The notes under the pieces: generated by a model
What the model was told of the DNA's origin: nothing
Databases searched by the model: none
What the model saw: the letters and a program-made list of their open reading frames with translations, nothing else
NCBI GenBank assembly: GCA_030704615.1
Contig: CM060733.1
Span: 30,814,001-30,878,000, forward strand
Direction: 5' to 3'
Source of the DNA: Takakia lepidozioides
Lineage: Eukaryota > Plantae > Bryophyta
Length of the DNA stretch: 64,000 bases
Shown: positions 26,701-38,700 of the stretch, piece after piece
Layout of the letters: every line of letters begins with the position of its first letter
How positions within the stretch are numbered: position 1 is the first letter of the stretch
Translations under genes and position numbers: made by a program

Positions 26701-29700
26701 TGCAACCAAGAACAGAAACACTGGTGCAACACACCCCCACACTATATCACATGCTCATCCTCAATTTCCATCTGATCACATTCTCTACTCTAGTAGTACG
26801 GCAAACAACGTCTTATGAGTACAATCTCTACTCTAGTAGCATTCCCACGCTGCCCCGGCAGCCAGAGCAAGGAAGAAAGACACAAACTCTGTAAGATCCA
26901 GTGAGGACCATGAGATCAGGAATGAAAAATCCATGTCCCCTTACCAGTTTAGAGAATATTGGTACATGGGATCTATGCAGCATAAGTCAGAGGTTGTGAA
27001 GAACAGACATGCGACATGTTCAGCTACTGGCACATATCCCAGGCGTGCCTCATCAATACGGGCCTCAGTTTTCACAGCCACTTTCTGCTTTTCAGCAATC
27101 TCAACTGAGAGAATTTTTGATGATGATATGATGTCTATGGCGGTCTCGTCTTCGAGGATGTTTCCCTCTGAGCTTGATAACACCTGTGACATACATGCAA
27201 CCAAATATGCACCGGTACCATAGGCAACTTTCACGGAGAGAATTGCACCCATCTGTTCCCGTTCCCCGTGCTTCCTTTTTGGCCATGTAGATAAGTACTT
27301 TGGAAACCCCATCTTTGCTCCTTTTAAACTGGATGTGGGATTTATCTCCAAAAGGCTATTGCAACCAGAAGCTAAGAATTTATTTCAACCATCCGCTTAG
27401 ACCCCCAACTTCAAGGGCCTCTGTCAAGCTCTTTCTTTTTTAATCCTTTGTCTCCTTCTCACCCTGTTCTTTTGGCCTGACCCAACTTCACTGGAATAGA
27501 GAGTAGAGATAAATCAGGTCCTCCAAGGAATAAGAGAGTAAAACCCTAGTGGCGGAAATCAAAGTCTAATCAACGAACACAGAAAAAGTTTGCAATGTAG
27601 GATTTCCAATTCTATCCATTTTGATTTGAAGAGGGGCAGACCTCTAAAGAGAACTACCAAACAACAGAGAATTTGACCAGGTGTCCAATACAAAGGAACA
27701 TCTTGGCAAGCTTCTTTCCAATCCCCTACCTATCCTTTCCACCCATTCCCAATCTCTAGCTTTCCTGCTCTACCAAAGATACACATTTCTTCCTCTTCCT
27801 TTCTTGCTCTATGAAAGATATAACCTTAATGATGTTGTCCTCAATTTCTTTTAGCTGACGCTGATTATCGGCACTTTGAAGCACTAACTGTGTTTTCTCT
27901 TCCTCCAGGTCGGGCCGTTCATTTTTCACAGCCATTCCCAACAACTGGTCCTCCAAACCATCAGGTGTGATCATAAAGTTCAGAAGGCTGATCTTCACTG
28001 ATACCTGTCAACAGCAAAACAAAATATTACAGGTTATCCTTGCGAAGCCAATCATTTTTATGTGGATGCGTCACAAGAGAGTGACATGTCCTCATTGATG
28101 GTCCCCTGTGGAATCTTTGCTTCTGATATTATAACCTCAAGGACATGATTCCTGTTTGATACCTACTGTAAGAGCTAGCCTGAGGGTTTAACTTTTAACA
28201 CACAAGGGTATGAAACTCAGCACCAAATTGCTCTTGCACAGTTGTTGACATTGGATTAGATGGAACTAAATGTTACATGAAGTTGAGGCATTGATGTCAT
28301 ACCAGACAGCACAATGCTCATACTAGCACTTCTACTGCAGTTCTCTACCTTAGTGAATTCTAGGCATAAGGCTACAGTTGCACTGTGAGCTCAAGGTAGT
28401 CCAGCTAGCTCATATTTGGCTATATGTGTGGTGGGAAAGAGAACATAGACGTTTGTCATAGCCTTGTGGCCATAGACCCCGTGCCCGGTTTGGGCGGAAC
28501 AAAAGGGAATAGACACTACCTTGTGAGGGGCTTGCTTCGGTAGTGTGATGTACCTTGGTAAAGACAATTAGTTCAGGTTTTCCAGATATCCTCTAGAAAG
28601 CCCTTCACACAAGCATCAACCTGCTCTGGTGGGGAAGAGACAAAGAGGGAGAGGCTCTGATTTTATTGCTTCTTATGTAGGTTGGCTTGGCAAGGAATCC
28701 ACAGATGGCCTGAGAGACAAAGCGTCCTAGCAGGCAGATAGCATGAGGCTCCAGGAGGACTTGAGCCAGGAAGGAATGGAAGGGAGAAGTTACAATTCAG
28801 GTCCCTTCGTGCTACCATTCCACCTTCAGTGGCCTACAAATGGTTCAACGTGCCTGTATGGTTTGCTTGGAAAGGGCCATCCAAACCCTTAACAATATGA
28901 TAAAGAAATGTTTTTAGAATCTTGGAGTTCTTATTTGTTGAATAATGCTAGATAAGGTGGTGTCAGATTCATCTGGATTCTCAGATGCTCTGCAATATAT
29001 GAGGAGATTAAATTGGCCACTCTGTTGGACTGACTGCACTGACAGAAGTTTCTCTCATTGCCTCAAGTGTTATGACACTTGTGCTAACAACTGTCGTACC
29101 CATCATACCCAGAGCATTGTGGGTAGATGCACCGCAAGAGAGAGACAGGAGAGACAATTAGCACACAGGTATAAATGAGATCTCACCTCAGGAGCATAAT
29201 GGGGGTTACGTAATTTGGTTGTAATGTAGAACCGAAATTTCTCATTGTACTCGATCGTACTATCCCCCAACTTTATCTGTAGGCTACCAGCTTGCTTGAA
29301 TATGGCCTTCACCAGCAGAGGCTCCAGGGTTGGATCAAGCTCTTCATACACATTTTCCAAAAGGAGTGGATAACCAAATTGAATGCAGGTCTCCAGTTTC
29401 CGCACAAAGTCACCATCAGAGAGTTTCATCACTTGTAGGTTGTGTCTCTTCTCCCTGTTCTGCAATTGGATTTACACACAAAATCGTGTTGATAAGCTGC
29501 TCAAAGCCCCCTTCTCTAGTTGGAAGCATGGACATGTCTGCTGTTCCTTCAGGATAGATGGACTGCAGCTACTGGGAGAATAGTCTGCCTCATACTTTCA
29601 GGCTATGGACCTGACACTGCTCTGCAGTTTAAGAAGATCAAGGGGGAACTTTTTACCCCGCTTATGGCATCCAACAGATGGCCCAATGGTTAGGGCACAA

Positions 29701-32700
29701 GGATTCCTTCCAGGCTTATGTTGGATGTTACCAACCTGGCTATAAAAGGGGGGCCACTTAGTAAACTGGCCACCTAATGTGTGTGTACCTGGGGCTTGTG
29801 TCCTTGGTCATTGGCCAGTGATGGCCGTTAGAAGGTGTCCACCTTCCAAACCGAAGGCAGTAGCCCTTCGGGCGAGGAAACACTGTTTATTACACTTGCT
29901 TTGGCAGGAGTCCACCTTTACACCTCTCCACACATTTGATATGTGAAAAAAACTGTACTCACGGCAGTTTGTCTGCTGTAGCTTTGTGGCCATAAATTTC
30001 ACACATGTTCAATCCCGACGAAACAGTAGCAGAGGGCTAAAGAGACAGTGAAAGAGTTATGATAGCGACCCCTACCTTAATCCACTTGTTAGCCTGACCT
30101 TGGGGATCAATTAGCAAAGGCCACCTGCGTGATGAGCTGATGATAATAGCATTGTCCACTGAGAAGCTGTCATTGGGCAGCCCATCAATAACCCAATCGC
30201 GGATCGTAACAGGATTTCCAAGAACTGTGGCCAATTTGAACACAGGGGAGCAAGGAATCTTTTTATTGTTCAAAAGAATCACCCACTCTTTCAGATGGTC
30301 TTCCCGGTAGGCAAGTGTCACAGCCCCGAGATACGCTACGTAACCAGATGCTAACAATACATCACCAGTTAAGTCAATGTACAATTTGCCGAGCTCTACA
30401 CCAACAGCTGTCCACCGCACTTTCTCACCACCTAAGCCTCCTATCAACTTCTCTGCTCGCATGAGTTTCTGCCAACATAGGAAGCAACATTATGTGTCAA
30501 CAGAAAGTTCAGTGGGCACAAAGAGGAAGAAACATCCATCGATAAGTACATGTACACACAGACACATACAAAAGACTGTAGAGCCTACATCCTTGCTGAG
30601 GCTGACTGTTCCCAGGCTAGTTGGTGGCAGTGGTTACTCTGGGTGCCTGTTTGGAAGGAGCAAAAAAAAGGAGGGGAAGGTAGTGAGAGATTTAACGGTA
30701 CACTACCATTGACAAAGGTCTCTGGTGTGTAATTGGCAGTTTAAAGGAAATGCCTGTCACGTATCGCACATGCCACAACTGTCAATGTGATTATGAGAAG
30801 ATTGCGGTTCACCAACAATCATTAGTGTACTTTAGACCAACTTATTACTCAGCCATGAAGTTGTTTTCTGATAATCTGCTGTCTCAGCCCACAACAGTTT
30901 CTAGCCCACAGCAGCTTCAAACCTGATAGAGTAGAATTTGGCAGCTCATTAGAGCACTGAGGGCCTTAGAAGATACTCAGTTGATTGTGGTTGCTTTGTT
31001 ATGCTCTTCAGTATTAGAATTCCAAGGAGGTGCTTCCCTCCACCATGGTTTAGGTAGAGTCACCTGCTTTTTTGCAGTCCACACAAAGTGGATTGTTCAA
31101 TTTGAGTGTCTTCTATACGGTAGGGACAATGTATCACACCAAGTGCAATGGAGACACATGGGTTTGTTTGATGGTTGTGTTGGTCAAGCATCTTCAGTAG
31201 TACTAGCTCTTGGTATTAGAGCCTAGGAGGGGATACACCACAGTTTGTGAAAAGATTAGAATCCTCACCTTCTGACAATTTTCGACATCCGCTTCAAGTC
31301 TCATCTTTTTTCCTTCCATCTCTTCCAACTGTTCCTGCAGCTTGGCCAACTTCGCCTGTACTTCTGCTAACATCTCTTTCTTCAAAGCAAGCTGAACTTG
31401 AAGCTCAGCAAATTCTGCATTGGCTTTATCCAATTTGGCTTTCTTGGGTGCAACCACCTGTAAAAGTTTTCATCTAAGTCTTCCACCCAGCACTACATGG
31501 GAGAAAAATCTCTTTCATAGTCTTGCCTTCTCCCTCATCTCCTGGAGCTTACATCTACCAAGCAGTTTTTTTATTGGCACTGCTTAAAACGATGTAAAGT
31601 AGAAGAAGCATTATGTACAGGTCTGATTGGTCCTGAGTATATGACAGACCTTTGCCACACGGTCATAGCTCTCCATTGCACGCACCCAACAGCAAAGGCC
31701 GAAAGCAGCCTTAGATGCCTTCTTCACAACCTCTGGTGTGAAATTCGGATCCTCTAAATAGAGTCGAATTTTGTCAATTATTTGAGGCTTGATATTGTCT
31801 TTGTCATATGTCCTGAGGGATGGCAAAAAATTGCTGTCGGCTAACATTTGCTGCGCAGGTCCCCAATAATCTTCCATTTTGGCTCCTGGCTTGTTGGGGT
31901 CGGGTATACGTTTGGATTTCACCTGTTCAGTCACCATGCACAAGATTGGATTCAAGGGGTACTCCAAGCTGCCCGTGGGCTTTGGGAATGCTAGCATTTG
32001 CAGGAAAGGTACTCTATCAAATCCTGCCAGATAACCTGGGAGGATTCAAGGCACAGGATATGAAGTGGCAGTAAAGTAACAATAGTTGAGGAACTGGGCA
32101 AAATAGGAAGGCTAGATGCAGCAGCTTGATGACCTCCTTCATGATACAGCAGGCCTCCATCACAAGCTTCACAGGACCCGGAGGGTTCTTCATGGCCTTC
32201 ACTTCTGTGATGTCTGCCTTTGTCAAGGTGTCCAAAGCTGACAAAGCTGCCTCCAGCATTGGCATTGCCTGCAGATTTTCACAAGAGTATAGGGATAGTA
32301 AGTGGCACAAAATAGTTTGTTCTTGACACAGAAATATACTTGTAACCATGAAGGCCTGGTGGTTTAAGATCATCACCTTCAGCAGTAGAAGCTGGCACCC
32401 TCCTCTGTTCTTACCCAATTGTCAATTTTAACCCTCCATCTAGGGTATGGCATGTTTTATACAGGAAAAATCGCCCCAAACTTCAGGAATCTGCCTGCAT
32501 GGAAAAGTTGATTGCCAGCAGCTGAAGAAGTGATAGTTGAATGCGCCTGCCCAAAGTTCTTCACTTTCAATTTCCCTGTACTTCCCATAGCAAGCAGGGC
32601 ATAGTCCTCATAGTTTCACTGTAGTTTATCATTTATATGAGTTCTTGTACCAGAAATATATCAGAGAAGGAAAAGATGAGAATAGGCATCACTGGCAGGT

Positions 32701-35700
32701 TTCCAGGTCACAGAACTTACCACAGCAAGTTCAGATTCACAGTCATCTTTAATAGCCTTGGCTTCTATTGCTTTCACATTAGCAACTGCCTCCTCTGCCT
32801 CCACCATAGCACGAGTCTTTTCAGCATCTTTCTTATCCAGGTCTATTCGCTTGAGCAAAGCATTTGTCTCTTCGGCAGTTCGGAGAAGGATTGGTTGCAA
32901 AGCTTGCAGCTCTCCTTTCATGATTGTAACTTGATCCTCTGCTCCAAACAGTTTCTCAAGACCCCCCTGCGAATTCAGGGACAGTGGTAAGCTGTTCAGC
33001 CACGTGCTGTTTCTCTCGACTTCTCTAAGAAAGTTGACACAGTGAAAGGTAGAATCAAATAAAATGACATGGTACCTTATAGCATCCGTGGGAAGCTCAA
33101 AGTGGAATGAAATGAAACGAAATGGTACTTTATAGAAATGAAATGAAATGGTGCTTTATAACGTCCGCGGAAAGCTCATAGAGCTTATGGGACAAAATGG
33201 AAGAAAACATGAGAGAGGAAACAAAACCAGAACCCAAGAATAAGAACTAATGTTCTAGCGATTGTCTAAGGGTGAAGGCCTCATGCAGGCAGAAAGAGAG
33301 AGGAGCCACAAACAGCCCAAAAGCAAGAAAGAAAAAATCCCTGCTTCTTGGTTCCTGAACCCCTAGATTTGGAGTTTCTTGGCCAAAATTACTCCCTACC
33401 TGAGACTGGCCTAATTTAGGCTTCAATTTTCAGTCTTCTTATGAAAAGTTCAGGCTGACTGACCTTTCCTTATGTGCCTGGCATGTGGTCATGTTTCCTC
33501 TCTGAGGCCAACATGCTTCAAGGCCCCTGTGAGGAAGTATCCAAGTTCAGCTCCATCACCGGACTTGCTTTACCAGTGGCAGAGCTTGCTCTAGCAAACA
33601 AGCGATATAAGCAGAGCTTGTAATTTACCTATGCTACCATAATCATAAGGAAATATACCGAATATCTATTCCGCATGTTGTCAATTTCGTCACGTTTCTG
33701 CGTCAGAAGGTTCTTATAAGTTCCCAGAAGTTCCAGATATGAAGTGGGTGTGACATAAAAATGGCGTAGCTGCTCTTTATAGAATCTCTCAGACAAGTCA
33801 GCAGCATGCTGGTGGAAGATCATGCACATGTCGATCACTGCTTCCGAGATTTCTTTCGAGGTTTGTTTAACCTGTATAATCAGTGTATCCGTACCAAACC
33901 CGTCATGACATTACCCGCAACTTTCTGTGGAATGGATGGACTCTCACTATAGAGAGAGACATCCCCATTGCCCATTTCCTGTGCCAGAAGTTGGCTATGG
34001 TGTATGCTTCCGCAAAAAGAAATGAAACGAACTGGTACTTTATAGCAAAAGAAAGAAATGAAATGAAATGAAATGGAACTTTATAATATTACAAATGAAA
34101 TGGTACTTTATAATGTCTGCGGAAAGCTCAAAGAGCTTATGGTACAAAGGGAAAAACAGGAAAGAAGAGACAAAACCACAGCCAAAAGCAGCCCAGAAGC
34201 AACTGCTGCTCAAGGAATTGCCTAAGGGCCAAGGCCTCATGCAGATAGAAATGAAATGAAATGAAATGGTACTTTATAACGTCGAAACTTCTTAAGGGCC
34301 ACGAGGGGCCTGGGACAAAGACAGAAAGTTTCATGTCACTTAACCACTAAGCAGTCTGGCGCCATTTCCTCTCTAAAAAGAAAAAGAAAATGACAACAGA
34401 CTAAAGACTAAAAGAACTCACCGTAGAGAAGAAACTGGTGGCGACAGATCTTAGGCCCTCAGCAGGCCATGCACTAAACCAGTCAATGGTGCAGCAGTTA
34501 ACAAGTGACGGAAACATGCGAAGGCGAGTTCGGAATGCATCCCCAAAAGGGCTCATAGCAATCACCATGTGAAGATTTTTGCGGCACTGATCTACAAAAA
34601 ACATATACATCTCAAGCGATGAGCCATCTCTCCCTGCCTTTTTTGCACGAGGCCGGATGATCTCAAACAATCCCATGATTTCATCCTTCGCATAAAGATT
34701 TGGTACCTGGACAAAGTTGCACCAATTTTCCGCAAATCATAGTGAGAAAAGGTAAATAAGAAGAGGAAGACAAATGCATCTACACGAGGACCACCATATG
34801 AAGAAAAATACTATGTTCAGATACAAAAACTTGAAAGTCCATGGAAAGCTAAAGAGCTGAGAAATGAAATGAAATGAAATGGTGCTTTATAACGTCCGCG
34901 GAAAGCTCATAGAGCTTATGGGACAAAATGGAAGGAAGAACATGAGAGAAAATAGGAAAACCAGAGTCAGAGCAAAGAACTATTGTTCGAGTGATTGTCT
35001 AAGGGTGAAGGCCTCGTGCAGGTAGGCTGCCAAACATTTCTGATCCTCATAGTGGAAGACTTCAGTGGGAGATTGGGTTCCACGGAATATACAATGGAAT
35101 CTCCCACGGATCTCATAGTATAGGAAATGGAATGAAATGGTGCTTTATAACGTCCGCGGAAAGCTCGTAGAGCTTATGGGACAAAATGGAAGAAAACATG
35201 AGAGAGGAACAAATCCAGAAACCACAATTAATGTTCTAGCGATTGTCTAAGGGTGAAGGCCTCGTGTAGGTAGGCTGCCACGCATTTTTGATCCTCATAG
35301 TGAAAGACATCAGTGAGAGTTTGGGTTCCACTGAATAAACAGTGAAATCTCCCACGGATCTCGTAGTATAGAGGGCAGTAGAAGAAGAAGTGTTCTTCAG
35401 TTTCAATTTCCTTGCTGCGCCCTATGCAAGCTGGACATAGGCGGTCCTCCCGTTGCAGGTTTCCCATCTGCCAGTCTCTATCCGTAGGTTGTGGGAACCC
35501 ACCCTGAACCGCCCCAATGCCCTCAAGAGGGAAGGAGATAAGGGTGCTGAAAGGTAATTTGGTCTCAAGATTCTATCATCGGGGAGCACCAAGAAAGTGC
35601 AAAGAGCTGACAAGCAAGGAAGAAATGAAATGAAAGTGGAGCAAGAAAGTGGTGCCACAAGCAGCCTGTAAACCACATTTAACAAATGAAATGGTACTTT

Positions 35701-38700
35701 ATATCGTCCTTGGGAAGCTCAAAGAGCATATGAGATGAGAAAGAAATGAAATGAAATGAATGGGTGCTTTATAACGTCCGCGGAAAGCTCATAGAGAAAG
35801 AAACAAGAAAGAGAGCCGGGCCACAAGCAGCCCAAAACAAACTATAGCTCAAGGGATTGATGCTTCATGCAGGGATGGACAGGTGTAGAAACTGAAAGTA
35901 CCTCGCCAGTATTGAGGATGTTGTTAATATCTTCCAGAAACTTCTCCTGTTTCAGTTGTGTATCGCTGAACAAGAATGTAGTGACCACATTGTCTGCTCC
36001 AGCTCTTTTTAACACCAGCTGTCAGCACCAAACCTCCCACTTAGGACAGGCCAAAAAAGCAGCCAAACCTCTCCTCAGTTGCTTCTAGTAGTAGAACCTA
36101 TATACACAAGGATTTACCTTGAGATCATCCTGCCACTCAGTAGTGCCATAGAGCTTAGTAATTGTGACCTGAAACAGGGCAAATGCCGCCATAAAAGTGG
36201 CCAGCTTGGTAAGTGACTGTCGACCTCCCCCTCCAAACCCTACCAAGAGAGCATTACCAAAGGGTTGCCGAATTGTACGACTGATGCGTAACACATGCTG
36301 GGCTGCATAGGTGAAAAGAACCAGGTTCATAGGGCTTCGGGTCTGGGTGTTAAATTCTGCTAAACCATTCTCCAGAGCCTTCAGTAACTTTGCTTGGTCG
36401 GGGATTTCCTCATACCTATGGGGTGAGAAAAACAACCACCAACCATTGAGTGACCCTCAAAGCTACCCTGAAATGGACTAAAGTGGTGCATTAAGATGGT
36501 TTGTCATATTGGATGAAGCTCCAAATGTTTGTGGGAAGAGAAAGGCACAAGCATTGAACAAATAAGAACAAAAATAAACCTGGGGTCATAGTCCCCACAC
36601 AGTGAGGAGCATCCTGCACACTCAGAAGAAAATCAGGCAAATGCAGCTGCCATGTAAGTCTATGGTTAGTATAACAATGATTTCTACTAGCATTCATGGT
36701 GTGGCCTTCAAGAAACTGAATCAACATTTTATGGAAGACCTGCCTAGACCATCCAATGTGGCAATAGAGCATGGGCATTTACAGAGGTAAAGAGGTAAAG
36801 GAACTAGAAGAAGAGACAAGTATAAGAAATTGGCAAGTCCAACATACTTGGGGGGAATGGCAGTGGTGTCCATAATATCTCCAAAAGACAACACTTTAAA
36901 AACAGCACTGACATCAGCAGGTGACGAAACACCAAACACATAATCACATTTGACATTAACGTGGTCTTCCACGCACACCCTCAAGTAATCAAGAAACCAT
37001 TGCCGGTCCTCATCATCGACTAGCCTGTCATGAAAGACGCGAAGACACTCGTGGCACCATAGTTTGATCACCACCTTCTTATCTAAGCCGCCAGTATCCA
37101 CCATGCACATACCTTGGAATACTTTGGAGAGATCACGCATGTTGTACATGTAGTGGGATTTTGCTGGGGTAGGAAGAAGTGCTAGCTGTATTGCCCTATA
37201 AATTTTAATCGTTGTTGCCACTAATACTTTGCCTATAACATTGATCTGTAGAGGCATTCCATTTGTTTGAGATGCAAAGCGTGGCAAGAAAGAAATGAAA
37301 TGACATGGAATGAAATGGAATGAAAGAATGAAATGAAACGGTGCTTTATAATGTCCGCGGAAAGCTCATAGAGCTTATGGGACAAAGTGGAATGAAAGAA
37401 ACAAATGAAAGAATCCAAACGTCAGAACATCTGCATGGCGGCCCTAGGGCCCGAGAAAAAGTAGTACAAGTAAAACAATTTCAAGAAAACACCAAAACAC
37501 GAATTGTCTTGTTCAGGTAAGCTGTCGGACACTTCAGGTTCTCAAATCTGAAGGCCTCTGCAAAGCCTGGGAGTCTCTAAGGGACAATAGGAAATGAAAT
37601 GGTAATTTATAACGTAAGGGGAAAGCTCAAAGAGCTTGTGGGAAGAAAGCAAGAAGAGAGCACAACGTTTGTATCATCCCAGGGGGCCTCAGAGCCTGTG
37701 GGACAAAATTGAAGAATAGAAACCACTTTAGTAAACTTCAAACGGCAGCGAAAGATGAAGCGCCTCATGCAGGTAGGCTGCCAGGCACTTGGGATCTGAA
37801 AAGTTGAAATACAAAGAACAGAAACAAAATGAATGGAATAATACTTTATCCATGGAAAGCTCACAGAGCTTATGGGACAAGGGAAAGATCAGACAAGAAA
37901 TAAAATGAAATGGTGCTTTATAACGTCCGCGGAAAGCTCATAGAGCTTATGGGACAAAATGGAAGTAAGAGAGAAGGGCCCTACACAAGCAAGCCCTAAA
38001 AATTAAGGGATTGTCTAGAGTCAATGCCTCATGCAGATATGCTGCTAAGATGCAGATATAGCAGCATATCTGACCCTTTAGAGATTGGGTATCTCGGAAT
38101 AGACAATAGAATCTGCCACGTATCTCATCGTAGAGAGGACAGTGAAAGAAAAAATGTTCTTCACAATTGATTTTCCTGCTGTTTCCAGCACAAGCGGGGC
38201 ACAGGTGGTCCTAATGTTGCAGGTTGTCCCCCTAAAATGAAATGAAAGAAAGAGGTCCATGGGAGACCCTGTTTAAGTTTCTAGAACAACAAGAAACTTA
38301 AAAATGTCAAAGAGAAAAGAGATACTCCACAGCCATGGCCTGATCTATTTGAACCTTTTGACTGCTGAGTAGCAGCACAGCTTATCAGTGGTGTTACATG
38401 CAGACACCCCACACTGGATCTTTTCCACTGAAATTGCAACTCCCGAAACAGACGCTTTCATGACCTAATGACGACTACAAGACCAAGGGAAAGCAGCTAC
38501 ATAGTGGCTAGAGTCCAGGAGTGCTCCACATTGACACCCCTTCTTCCACTGCAAGGGGCATCCAGCAAGTACACAGAATCGTACCTCATGTGGCATGCGG
38601 CGACTTCGTACCCACCACTCAATGATTGTTTCAAACACAGTGGCAAGGCTTGCATCATCAAAGTCAATAATGGAGAGCAAGTTGAAGTGGCGCAGATATC

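Noticed and set aside
34880-34925. Hammerhead ribozyme in the LINE-A terminal motif (GAAA-GCTC...GAGC-TT)
   Set aside because: A stem III-like part is present, but there is no CTGANGA core upstream.
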